DNA of 64,000 nucleotides from Leptogorgia sarmentosa (Eukaryota): NCBI GenBank assembly GCA_964658305.1, contig OZ210885.1, positions 5,642,001 to 5,706,000 of the forward strand, read 5' to 3'. Shown piece by piece: positions 37,875 to 51,301 of this stretch (position 1 is its first letter; each line of letters starts with the position of its first letter). The notes under the pieces were generated by a model. It saw only the letters and a program-made list of their open reading frames with translations, ran no database searches and was not told where the DNA came from. The position numbers and the translations under genes were made by a program.

Positions 37875-38448
37875 AGTTCAAATACCTGGCCAGTTCTGAT
37901 AACAATTTAAACATACGACAACACCCTGCAAAAATTGAAAGAAAAATATGGAAAAATTCAAAATAAAACAACTATATATAGTTGGTTGATTCCTAAATTA
38001 TAGTAATAATTGTTCATTTATATGAGTATAATAACTATAATTAGCTAACGTATATAAACTCAAAGGCATTCTGAAACTGGATTATTGGTGGCGATAGATT
38101 GTTCCTATTCCAGAGTTTTTCATTTTTTAATTATAATGTTAAAGCTCCATTGAAAGACCGACAAGGAGGAATTTGAATTGTACATGTGAATCTTAGTGTT
38201 ATGAATAATATATTGACCGAATGCAGTGTTACGAACATAATAATGTAAGTACTAACCGTTTATGCTAGCTTCGAACACTGTGTAACGATAATAAGTTTCT
38301 AACAATTATTATAAAGTATAGCTACATAGCCCATATCAATAAAATGTTACAAATATATGTACTGCATGCCACTGGCATATGTATAAAATCCTTACCTTCG
38401 CTGTCTGTGGACCTTTCTAAACTAAGAGGGAGATCAAAATTCCAATTA

Positions 38449-38457
38449 ATTTATATA
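38449..38457 (-). promoter_or_regulatory. Candidate TATA box of the MACPF gene
   Basis: TATATAAAT on the minus strand ~55 nt upstream of a strong donor (AG|GTAAGG at 38395), which fits a short non-coding first exon. Confidence 0.35.
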
Positions 38458-39661
38458 CCAGTTTAAAATCCAGGTTCGCATTACCTCACATACTTTCTTC
38501 ACCTCCAGACATAGGATGAATATAACCACCTAACCGCTTTGAATATAACCACCATAACCGCCGTTTTTTATCAACAAAAAAACACAAAATTAACCAAGAC
38601 CAATTAAATTCGACGACTTTAAAATAGAAGAGGTAAAAGTGTATAGCAGACGAATTTAAAATTAGTTGAATTTAACATTTGAATTTAAACTATTGAATTT
38701 AACATTTCTTCAGCTACGTTGAGTCGGTATTTACCTGATAGTATTATATCTTCGTAAAGTCTATGCAAGTGTCGGCTTGTCACGAGAAACGTGTTAAAAA
38801 AGACTAAGGCTAAAGATGAAATCAGCAGGTTGTAAAGTGAAGGGAACCTTCTCATTGGCTCTTGACGCAGGGGCGCCGGAAGCCACCTGAAGCGGCGGGG
38901 GCAGACATTTAAAAAGGGCATCCTTTTTCTAGACATTAAATGTTCCTGTGCGGTAATGTTTGGTAAGATTTTCCTATATGGATACTGGACCACACTGCAC
39001 AAGATGTTTTTATATAAAATAAATTCGATCCAATTTTATTTACGTATTACTTTACATTGAATTATATTTAAGAAACACAATTACACCTGTTAACGCTAAT
39101 AATGCATGATTAATGAAATATCCTTCATATCCTCCATGTGAAAAAGGGCAACGAGTTGCCCCCGCACTGCCCCCGCACCGTAAGGGCAACGAGGGCAGCT
39201 GCCCCCGCTGCCCCCGTGCTTCCGGCGTCTCTGTCTTGACAGGCCTGTATTACACCGATTCACACCATATACGATCCTCTTGTGTTCCGCAAGAAAAACA
39301 GTTTTGACAGTGTAATTCGAAATTACCATGTACCGTATTTCCTCTATTTAGAAGCCTGGGGGCTTGTTCATTCTTGCTAGCTTTCAGGTGGGAGCTTATT
39401 AGAAGGGTGCCTAAATAGAGGGTGAGAGTTTAATCAATTTTCACTCGAATTTGGTACCGTAAATATACCAATTCATATTTCACAAAACACATGCATCTAT
39501 ATCAATTTGCATTAAAATATTTATAAATATAAACCACAAAATATCAGTGCATTTTGTATAATACTACATCCAGTCTTCATTGCGCTCATCAAAGAGAAGT
39601 TCGAGAATGTCCGATTGAGTACCAAACACATTTTCTCTGCTGATGTTGTAAACCATACACT

Positions 39662-39817
39662 CATGGCGTAGCCAGAACGAGAATTTGGGGGGAGGGGTAT
39701 TCATATATTCATGTTCTGCGTTATTAATTTCTTTTCAAATCCATTGTTTTTATGGTATGTGAACATGAATATATGAATATATTGCTCCCCCCAATGATCG
39801 TTCTGAGTACGCCACTG
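39662..39817. mobile_element. hAT-type MITE
   Basis: 8-bp TSD CATACACT at 39654-39661 and 39818-39825; ends tggcgta / tacgccactg. Confidence 0.82.
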
Positions 39818-42155
39818 CATACACTATAGCCCTATTCTTCCCAGGTCGCTTGAGAAGACTATGAGGGGGGAGGGGGGGGGCTAAATACGGGGTGGGGCTT
39901 ATTTTCGTTTATTTGGAGTAGGGGGCTAAATAGAGGAAACAGAGGAAGTTTGAATCGATTTCTAACTAATTATCCATACCTGTGGACGAATTTTATTAAA
40001 TTTTAAGCGAATTTTATTAAATTGATTAAACAGCAGTACAAAAATCATCCAATGCTGTTATGTTATATATATATAGCTATACTTTCACACAAGGTGGGTT
40101 TACTGAATAAAATTACAAGGTATAATATCATGTACGTGAGGGAAGCATGCGAGTGCCTATGTCACTATGCAAGTTCGATCCAAAAAAATAATTATTTGAT
40201 GCTGATGATCGAGGTCATCGGCGAAAAATACGTAATAAATACTGAATACTGAGAATTAGCCGGTGCTTTCTGACCAATCAGGAACGAGAATAAATATTAA
40301 AATGTACAATAAAGCTAGTTAAACTAAGTCTAAGCACTCGTATCAGCTGCCTGCTTTTGGTTATGTATCATCTTTCAACTGCGACAAGAAATTCAAGTTC
40401 TCCAAACTCAACTTGACAATCAACCTTCCACAGCATATTGCAGTATAAACCGATACTGCAGTATAAACCGATACTGCAGGTAATTATATATTATTTAATT
40501 TAGATATTTGTTCTCCATAATGCAGTCCCCAAGTCAACCATGTTTTTCATTTCATATTTCTGCTAATAAAGTGCCTTTTCCTGTTTGAAAACTTGCCCTC
40601 TGCCAGTGGTGTATAACTTTTTTCAAATTAATTTGCTCACTTTTATCGGCGATGCGCGGTATTTGAAATAAAATGTACGTTTTCAAAACAATGAGTGTTG
40701 ATGGTAAATAAAGAACGGAATGATCATTGGCGGGTGTTATGTTTTTACATTAATTTTTTTATTCTTCCCTAAAACATTCACCTCACAGGTTTTGTGGCAA
40801 AAGAAATTAAAAAGGCTGTCTGTTTATTAGCAGTTTCGCATCTTACTATTCCCTGAATTTCGGAAAACTAAAATTTCGTACGTGCTAGATATGTGTTGGT
40901 GCTAAATTTGGTTATTGAGTACATTTCGGGAGTTTTGTCAAAACAGTTGTCTGAATTTATAATAAACGTTTATCTATTGCTTTGCACAAAGTTCCTTATT
41001 CTATCAATGAAAAACATCTGCGTTCATAAAGGTTGAGTCTAAACCAGTTGTTTAGGCAAAGGTGGGGTGGGGGGGGGGGGGGGGGGCTAGAAGGCCACAG
41101 GCCCCCTGTCGGGGAGCCTTAGCCACCCTATCGGGGAATTTAGTGAGTTCGTCGGGGAAAGTGGAGAAAAATTTTTTGCTTCTTTAGCCTTCTTTCCTTT
41201 ACCCTGTTGTAAATTGCCGTGCGGAATTACTACCCCCGCCCCGGACGGCGCTTTCCGCTGGAGCTCGTACCTTGGCTCGGGGACAATTTGTTCCGTGTCA
41301 CTTTTTCGGGGATTCCCTGTATATTATGGTCATGTTATTCAAATCTCGCGTGATCCCTACTCTCGTACCCAAACAGATTGCAGAGAATGCTAAAATACAG
41401 CTTCAGTCGGACCACAAATGAATAATTATCTTCTTAAAATGCCATGAAATTAAATTATGTTGATTAGAAACCCTGGCAACATCGACAGGTTCAATTAACA
41501 CAGCTGCTCTTTAACCAAGCTAGGTAGGATAATTTTTTTATATTTTTTTTTTCAGTTGAATATGGGATTATATTTATCAGTCAATGCAATGGAGTGTAAG
41601 GGAATTAATTTTGAATACGATAAAACGGACTGAATAGGTATGGTATTATATTGGAAAAGAAAAAAGAAGTTTTCAAAATTTTAGAAGCAAGAACAACGAC
41701 ATAGGAGGCGGAGAATTTATGCATACTTTGCAATCTATAAATTTTTTTGGCAAAAAATGGCATGATAAACAATTTCAATTTGGATAGCTATAATACACCT
41801 GAATACATATATATAAAGGGTATGGAAATAACTATGCACATAGTAATTTCAACGATGTCGCTTGCAACATTAACTTATATAATATGTGGTTAGACTTTGA
41901 TGCGTATGAAAATGCGGGCTTGTATTTGTTGTAAGTTTTAACTAAAATGCCTTTAAAAACAATAATTTTGAGGTAAGAATAAAATTGAGATGCGAGTATA
42001 TAAATAATGAGATTAAAAAAATGTATTAAACAAGACTGTCATAAATCATTAAGTTGACAATTTGAATAATTTTATCTTATCGATTAAAAGTCAGTAGACA
42101 TGCAAATGTTCATTTTAGCACATAGAAGGTTAGCACAGAGAAGACGCAGGTGAAA

Positions 42156-45100
42156 ATGGCAAATTTTGGAAGCCTTCTCTCCGTCTACTTGTTTCTGCTT
42201 TCCTTGCAAACATGTCGTTCTCTGGAATCAAGTACTTTGTTGAAGTTGGTTGTTTCAGGTAAGTCAGTTTTCGCTGATAATAACGTCGGTTGCTGGATAT
42301 GCGTTACTTCTTCATACGAGCAAAATTTTCATTTTTCGCTATCGAAAGACGCTGTCCCTTTTCAATCATTGTGAAAAGAAGTTTGAAATAGCCATTGGAA
42401 ATCAAATTGTCCTAGGTCTATACAGGGTGTCTCAAAAAAAAGGTAATCCAGCTTTGGCATGCCATTGTGCGTTAATTACTGGGTGTACGAACGTGATTTT
42501 TGCATGGTCATAAAGATCAAGATCTTAGCAGTTGAATGACATATTTGTTGTACGATATGGAAGAAAATCAGGCAAATGCGAGCGTGTTGAAAAATCTCGG
42601 TGAAAAACGCATTCTTTCACCTCTGCGCCTAATTAAAGCAGTGCATAACAAAAGAAAAATGCAATTTACCACGAATGTGTCATGGTAACAAAGATTTTAT
42701 CAGGATTATTAATAATTATGCATAATCGGGTCGATTGTTGAAGGGAAGGTCGTCATCTTCGAGTCCCGGAGGGAGTTAATTTTGAATAAGTTTAGCTGCA
42801 ATTCTCAGAGATTTTTCAACACGCTCGCATTTGCCTGATTTTCTTCCATATCGTAGAAGAAATATGTCATTCAACAGCTAAGACCTTGATCTTTATGACC
42901 ATGCAAAAATCACGTACGTACACCCAGTAATTAACGCACAATGGCATGCCAAAGTTGGATTACCTTTTTTTTGAGACACCCTGTACATACAGAGTGAAAA
43001 ATTGCTCTAATGGATTATTGGATTGCTTGAGAACAAACGACGAAGATAAAAGTTGTTAGCGTTGTTTTAAAATTGTTCATATACAGGTTATCCCCCAAAA
43101 AAGTTCCCTCTATAGAAATCTACTCTTTTTTTGTTAACGTGCATTGTTATACCTTCGAGAATGGAGTTGAATGATACGTGAACGACAGAAGTATTTATAA
43201 CAATACTTGTTTGTGTTGCTGTTCGTCAGAAGATAACTTAAATCTCCAGAGGTGAGATACCCAAGATTAACAACAAAAGAGTGAATTCTTTAGAGGGGAC
43301 TTTTTTTGTCTTGGGACACCCTGTATCTTCTTCGCGGTTTTGCATGGAACCGCATAATTGATTAAAGATGTTCGTTCTGCGCGCATTTTTTCTGCTCATT
43401 ACAAAGTTTGTTGTTGGATACCCGCACATTGGAATTTCAATTTAATTAAGAAAATTAAATTTAGGTACCTGTATGAGTATATTATTGTCATTGGCTCTAT
43501 TTTAATTAAGTTTCTGCGGTCTTGCCTTCAATAACAAACTTTGTTATAAGCAGAAATAATGCGCAGATGATTAATATTAGCACAGTTTGGAATCGTTTTT
43601 AGCCAATCAGCGTCAAGGAAATTGACTTCAATGATATTGATGAGAAATAAAGCTAAAGCTATATGCATATACATTGATACCATGTTTTTTATTAAATTAA
43701 TTCCTACAGGTCATCGCCTTACTGGTAATGTAACGCGTGAACTGAATTCATTGAGTCTTTTGGAATGTTCTTTATACTGTATCAGAAAACCGTCTGAATG
43801 CAAATCAATCAACTACCAGGCAACGAAACGTCAAGATTCTATAAACTGTCAACTCATCAACGCAACGAAAAAAACACATCCGCAGAATTTGGTGGCTGAT
43901 GAAAGCTACGACAACTACGAACCGATCATAACAGCGGTATCTTCATATATTATGTAGATTATTATGTTAATTTATAAAATAGCCTTTTAAAAACACGGGC
44001 GTTGATTGGTCGAGAGCTCAAAAAACCCGTGTTTCTATAACACTATAGAAACACGAGGATTTTCACGCGGGTTGCGTGGATTGCGCGGGAAATTAAAAAA
44101 CAAAATTAATCTTCGAAATTGTGTGGAAACACTCGCACTTCGTGCTCGTGTTCCCACGGAAATTCTCGTTTCTCCCAAACTTCCACGCGTGTCTCTATTT
44201 AACAATTAGATTACGAGTTCGAGATTTCTATGAGGTGATAGTTGATGAGGGCGAAGCCCGAATCAACTATCATCTCGTAGAAATCGAGAGCGAGTAATAT
44301 AATTGTTTTAGTAGAATCAGAGATCAAACATGAAAATATTGCAAAAAATAATTTAAAAACGCGTGTCAGAAGACATTTTCTTGAACGAAAATTCACATAT
44401 TTTGCTACTCGCTATCTATCGAGGAATAGATATCGAGTAGAGTAGCCAATCAAATTGCAGTATTTGCAATAGTATACGAGTATGATTCTACTAAAGTGTT
44501 ATAGAAACACGGAAAATGTTTTCTATTTCTTAAATTGAAAATATTTATTACCATACTGTTTTTGAAATATATTTATATTTTTCTTTCAAACAGGAATTCA
44601 AATAATTATTTTGTGTGAATACATTATATTCAGAAAAATTCGTGTCGCTCCGCAACCACTTTACATTGAATATATTTTTCTGTTTCAGAAAACAGAAAAA
44701 GAACACTGTTATGGTAAGGTGACTTTATGCTTTGTATATCGTCTTGTATTATGACTCGCCAATTTCAATCCCGTTTCATTAAACAACCATGATGATAGTG
44801 ATGGTAAAATGCATATAACGATATTAAAAATCGCCATGAATTATGTAGTTTCTTAATGCCATCAAAATTCTTCTATAGTCTTTATGGAAGACGCAGATAA
44901 TAATATACATAAAAGTATTACTCGACTGTGATTGCTTCATTTCAGTGCAGTTAATCCCAAATCACATGAAATTTTGAAACCTTTAATTATCGCTGTAAAA
45001 TGTGAAATAAATTAAGCAAGAAAACTCTGCCGGTGAAATTTCGCTTTGAAAGGTAGTTAACACTACAATTATCTTGAATTCTTTTATACAAGCAAGTAAT

Positions 45101-47748
45101 AGTATGGTTTCTCGTGCGATTTGGATAACATACACTTGTGAGTTTTACCGAAGGACGAGTTTATGTTAATTCCAAATTGCACTCGAAACCATACTATTAC
45201 CTATGCCGGCTTATCAAATATAAAAATTGTTCACTTTTCTCTACAGTAAAAAGTTGTTATGGTTTATATAAATCAGGGAAGACAACCACAGGGGTGTACA
45301 CAATCAATCCAGACGACCAGGGAGCTTTTGATGTGAGATGTGACATGGAGACCACTCCTGGAAGAGCTTGGACTGTATTTCAGCGACGCGTCGATGGTTC
45401 TGTGGGCTTTTACAGGAACTGGTTCAGTTACAAAAATGGATTTGGAAATTTGAATGGAGAATTTTGGCTCGGTTTGGACAAGATTCATCGTCTCACAGCC
45501 AGTGGAGAAAATGTCTTGCGAGTTGATCTTGAAACGTTTGAAAACGAGACAGCTTATGCAGTTTATAAATCATTTTTCGTGGGAGATGAAAACGAGGCTT
45601 ACCTATTGAATGCTAGTGACTACTCAGGTTAGTAATAAAATATTGATAAATTATTATAGGATCTGCTGCATAGTAGTAAAACAAGTGTAAACCAATTTTA
45701 ATATCGGAGAAGAAACGTTAAGTGTTGTTTACCGTATGATCTGATAACGTGTGATTGAACATTCTTGAAATATGCACATTATATTCACATTATATTTCAA
45801 CTCGAAAACATGCTATTAGGTATAAAACAAATTGTCAACAAATCATAATTGTCAAAAAGCTTAATCACTTTCTAGCTGCATTTTTGTGTTTGGTGTAATT
45901 GCATAATTCACTTACTAAAAATATACTGAATATGTCATTGACGTGCTGGCATTTTTGCACAGGAGGCCAAGCGGCAAAAATCTCATATGGCACATCCTCC
46001 CCCCCCCCCCCCCTAATAATAATAGTAATAATTATGCCTCGTTTAACGAAGGACCAAAGAGTTGGCAAGACACTGCATTCATGTTGAGGGACATGCATTT
46101 CCTAAGGAATAGACGTTTGTTTTACATGATTTGGAACACGGTACATCTCTTTATATGTCGTTAATGCTGTATTGATATTTAATAGGCCGTTTTTAGCTAA
46201 TTTGTGAAGGTTTCAAAATTGTTAAGACCGCGGCAATTGGAACCACGGCAATTTGAACCGCGGCAATTGGAACGTTCGTGTAGTATTAGAGCGTGCGGTA
46301 TTTGTATAAGCGTAACGTTGTGTCGAAGTCCTGCATGTGTGATTGTGTCATGAGCACTAATCTGCAGGATTTTAACAAATTAATTGTACAGCCACGGGTC
46401 ATCGCAAACTGTTGTCAAATCTCTATTATCGCCCCGAAAATAGGCATAAAATGGAACTCATTGTGACTTTTCATTAGATTTGTAATTGCTTCTCTATTTC
46501 GGGACAAATATGGCGTCCATTATGCAACTTAGGCGACTTTTAAAAAAGTTCGTAGCCCCCTCCCCCTGCCCCCCCCCCCTGCCAGCACGCCACTGGAATA
46601 TATAAGGTGTATGGTAATAGAATGAAAAAATTCGAATTTTTTTTTGTTAATTTCCGGTTTAAAAACGCAGAGAAATTGTTCTGTTAATTTGTATGCGTTT
46701 GTGACGGATTTTTAAAGACATTTGACATTTCCCAATAATTTATGGGAAAGTCGACAAGCACCCAGCCTTTCCGTTATGTATGTTCAGTGATCAAGCTAAT
46801 TGGCTGTAATGTACTTGAATTATTAGTAGTTTGTGACAGCCTCGTACCCAGGCGCTTCTTAGCTTAGAGAGATTAGCAAGAATCCAGAGATCGGATGCGA
46901 GCGCGCAAGGGTTTATGGGCGGGCGCGACGGAGGAAGCCCCTGGCGGAATATGCAAAAAACTTGGAGGACGACTTGTCCATATTCATAAATGCAAATGAG
47001 GAAATTGCTGTTCTTGATGAAATTGAAAGGCCAGTCCATCGAGCGGTACATTATTCCGAACGGTGTAATTTCTTCTTCCGAACTCGACGATGCTATTGAA
47101 GCGAAATTTTTAAACGAATTGAAACAATGTAGTGTGTATGCGAAGCGAGATTTGTCAGAATCGTCATAATTTCTTCGAAAGATAATTCCTGAAGCGATCT
47201 TTCCAAATCATCCATATTTAAGTGCAACCGGTGCGAGATTTTTCAAAAATTATCACATTTTGAAGTTTTTCATACGCAGATCATTTTTTGAAAAAGTGAT
47301 AGACGGAAATTTGCATATTCTGCCAGGCGCTTCGCAAGTCCCTCGCGCCTGCCCATGAACCCTTGCGCGCTCGCGCCCGATCTCTATTATATTTATCTGG
47401 ATTCTTGCTAATCTCTCTAAGCTAAGAAGCGCCTGGGTAAGAGGCTGGGTTTGTGAGGTATTCTTGAATACTTATTTCCCAGGAACGGCAGGGGATTCGC
47501 TACGTGAACATTATGGGATGAAATTCAGCACTAAAGACTTCGACAATGATCACATGTTGAATGGAAGCTGCGCTCGGCACTATCATGGCGCATGGTGGTT
47601 TAAACATTGTTTCCACTCAAATTTGAATGGTAGATATTTAGGAGGTCAACACAATCGCAAATATCATGGTGTCTATTGGTTAGATTTCAAAGGAGAGTAT
47701 TATTCTTACAAAGTCGCCCAAATGAAAGTGGGACGCGATCAGAATTAG
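42156..47748 (+). CDS. Secreted PAN/Apple + fibrinogen-related domain protein (FReD-4), 333 aa
   Basis: Exons 42156-42258 (signal MANFGSLLSVYLFLLSLQTCRS), 43710-43936 (ECSLYCIRKPSECKSINY...INCQL), 44689-44713, 45247-45627, 47483-47748 (TAG); all GT-AG and in frame, 1002 nt. Confidence 0.92.
42423..42983. mobile_element. Tc1/mariner-type MITE with ~180-bp TIRs
   Basis: TA|cagggtgtctcaaaaaaaaggtaatcc ... ggattacctttttttgagacaccctg|TA; the arms are nearly perfect. Confidence 0.9.
43084..43323. mobile_element. Older Tc1/mariner-type MITE
   Basis: TA|caggttatcccccaaaaaagttccctct ... agaggggacttttttgtcttgggacaccctg|TA. Confidence 0.6.
44199..44493. repeat. Interspersed repeat homologous to 29708-30005
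   Basis: Near-identical ~295-bp sequence ttaacaattagattacgag...tatgattctactaa. Confidence 0.85.
46838..47446. mobile_element. MITE with long TIRs
   Basis: agcctcgtacccaggcgcttcttagcttagagagattagcaagaatccaga / tctggattcttgctaatctctctaagctaagaagcgcctgggtaagaggct. Confidence 0.85.
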
Positions 47749-49584
47749 AACGCTCCTCATATTGTCGAATACTTCGAGGAGCTCGCAAATTTTCCTCTCT
47801 AAAATTTTAATGTCGCATGTTGTAGTTTAACAATTCGAATATTTTTAGAGGCAACCTTTGCACATGCGCAGTTGCCTAGGCCATTAGAATGGGGTTAACA
47901 AAATATATATAATCCGGTAAAAATTTTCAGTCGTAGTGTGAGGTTAAAAAAAACGTACAGAGCGTGTGTTAGAATAGTCTGTAGTTGTAATTATTCAGAC
48001 ATGAATATTGTCAGTTGAATAAGAATTGTTGTGAATAATTTATTGTTAAATTAAATAAAAAGTGAAAGTTTTATTTACGTCCACGTCGCAAATTCACTTT
48101 GTAAATCTTAATATTGCATGAGTTCCAAAATATTTAATTACGACAGGGCCTGATTAACTAGTAACCTATATAGGTCGCCTGTAGGTCGCAAGTACCCGGA
48201 CACGGGCCCCCTCTCAAAATTTTACGAACATTTGTGTTATTCACAATGAACATTGTAGACTAACCGGTCAACAAAATGCGTTATAATATAATATATATAT
48301 ATTTGGATTCATGTTTGATGTGCTATGCTTTATATAAAAGTTGGGTCTCGATGAGAGACCAAAAAGGACGTTGGATGTTCGTTGGAAATACTGGGATGCT
48401 CCGAAATAACCGACAAACTTTCCACTCTAACCTACATATAGTTATCTTCGACAAATTCAATGTTGCATATAGCTTAATTAGATCGAGTCCCGGCACCTGT
48501 CAGTCTTTCGGCACTTTAATTAAAAGCGCAGAGAAACATGCATTAAAAACTGCAAAAAATGAACATGCGCGCAGTCAGGGAGAATTAAACAAGGTTTTTC
48601 TTGTTTTCGAATGTTTTCCTATCGTTGTCGAATGTTTTACAAAAAAGATAACGTATCAAGTGTAAATCCTGAATGAAACTATAAGCACAGAGTTCGTGAA
48701 TTTCATTAAGAAAAACAAATTAATTATTAAAAAAAACACCTTCGGCAGCAACATGATTGTTAATTTGGTATTCTGCTTTTGCTGCGCTTATCTGCCGCCT
48801 GGAAAGACTGGTTTCTAACTGGAAATCGAAATCTCGGCTTCCAATTCTGGGCGCAGGTTAGCATTCCATATTTGTGGTTCAATGGTTTTACGTCGCAGGG
48901 GAAAATTTGAAAAACAGAAGATATAATGCTTAATAAATTAATTCGGCGCAGCATCTGTACGTCGTACGGAAAGCACAAAGCAACCTTCTCTAAAAACAAC
49001 TCAAAATTGAACAAGGATAATTGCTAAAATGTTCGCATGCAACTTTTCTTATCAAAGGACGGCTTGAAAAGTTCGACTGAACAAATCGTTGAAATATTTT
49101 GCCTGAATTTCATTATGGAGTAATTTATTAATTGTACACATTTTGTGCTCCCTGTGTACACATAATTATATATAGTTGTCTTGATTAATCAAGCGCTATG
49201 TATATCGGTCAACATTCTCTGTTTCAAACCTATTGACATTTGATTTCGACACAGACAAGTTCAGTTAAACGCCGCTGGTTTTTTGAAACAAGGTGGGATA
49301 AAATTTTCCTATTATTCTTTCTCGTTGAAGGTATCAGTAGCTATAATGTATATATTACTAACAATTGCAATGGTTTCTGTTGTTTTGTACAAGCAATCTG
49401 CACGTTTGTCTCATTATGTTCTAACTGCATGCCTATGATTGTGTCTCTATAAAATAATTCAAATTTGACCTCCACTCTAATAAATAACGTCGGCTAACAA
49501 CTTCAAAATGCTGCAAAAGTTACTAACGTTTTACTCACTAGCTAAGCAATTCAGCAGTATTGCACAGAGAAGACGCAGGTGAAA

Positions 49585-51270
49585 ATGGCAAATTTTGGAA
49601 GAGTTCTCTTTGTTTACTTGTTTCTGCTTTCCTGGCAAACATGTTGTTCTCTGGAATCAAGTACTTTGTTGAAGTTGTCCGTTTCAGGTAAGTCAATTAA
49701 TTTTGTACGTTTGGCGGGTATGAGTTGCTTGTACATAACAAAATTAGACTTTCAGCTCTTTGAATATGATCACATAGAGGGCAAATTTCTTAAAACTTGA
49801 TAGGCTAAAATTCAGAATGTTTTTTATTTCACGTCCGTCATTTAATCGCTTCCTCGCATTGTCGTGTGTGAAACCCTGAAAATGATATAGTTTCAGGCAA
49901 TTTAGTAAAATATCAAAGCAAATTCATTGAATAGACCTGTCGTTTATAACTAAGCCCTGAATTATAGCTAATTTCTATATCGTATATTTCATTTTCTAAG
50001 GTTTTAAGCAGCTAGCGACTATTATTAATTACAATTATTATAGTATTGACTCTTTGCATGTTTATCGATTTCATAAAGTGCCGCTCGAAGTGCCGAATTT
50101 AAAACTTGAATTTGACATTGAATTCCTGGCGATTTATGTTTGAATATATCCTATCTTCATTATGATTAATTTTTTAACAAGCAATCGCATGGGGTCGTCG
50201 TAAAATTAAGATTTATTTTCACTTGCATTTTCAAAGCTTGGTAATCGGTGGAACTTTGAAAACATGCGTGAAATTAAACCTTCATTTCACTCGGCGCCAT
50301 GCGATTACCGATACAAATTGGCATTTTAAATTAAAATTCGCTAACTCTATAGCTATTCAGCGTGGAAAAAGAAACACCGTTTGAGAAAGTGTAATACACT
50401 TCTTTTTCCCTCTTTTTGAACGCAGACGTTTCTAGTAACGGGCAAGACAATCCCTCCACTGCATATTTGTCGGCTTTTTCATATTGCTTTATTGTTATTC
50501 AACCACAGCTGCTTCTTGTAATTGAAATTAATGGCAAATCAAGCATGCGAAGCGTTGTCATGATGCGTTTTATATCCATGCCGACACTGCCTTATATGTA
50601 GGTTTCGATTATAGTTACGCGTAAAATGACCTCAATTTACTAAAAAGATAAACGCCATGCTGATTACACTGATGGAGCATTATATTGGCCGTGCCCCTTA
50701 TTTTCATCAGAAAAATAAATACTAAATGTCAATCGATATCAGTATTTTTCATCAAATTTTCACAGGTCATCGCCTTACTGGTAATGTAATGGGTGAACTG
50801 AATACATCGAGTATTATAGAGTGTTCTTTACACTGTATCCAGAAACCTTCTGAATGCAAATCAATCAACTACAGAGCTACAAGACGTCAAGATTCTATAA
50901 ACTGTCAACTGGTTAACGCCACAAAAACAACACATCCGCAGAATTTGATGGCTGATGAAAACTACGACAACTACGAACCGATCATGGAAATGGTATATCT
51001 TCATACCTTATTCGTACTTAATTTCGCGCGTACTTAATTTCGCGATTTTGTCGAAGCCATATTTAGCGAGACTTTATTTTCGCGATTTTGATGACCGAAA
51101 ATAGAAAAAGGGCATTCATTTTCGCGAAATACAGATTTTCAAAACCATCATTTATTGAATTTTAACTTTTAACAATGGAATTTTATTGAATTTTAACTTT
51201 TATTGAAATTTATATTATTATGTCGATGTCGGTAAAACGATATGCGAGCTGTACATGTTGTTGTTGATCA

Positions 51271-51301
<31 letters not shown>

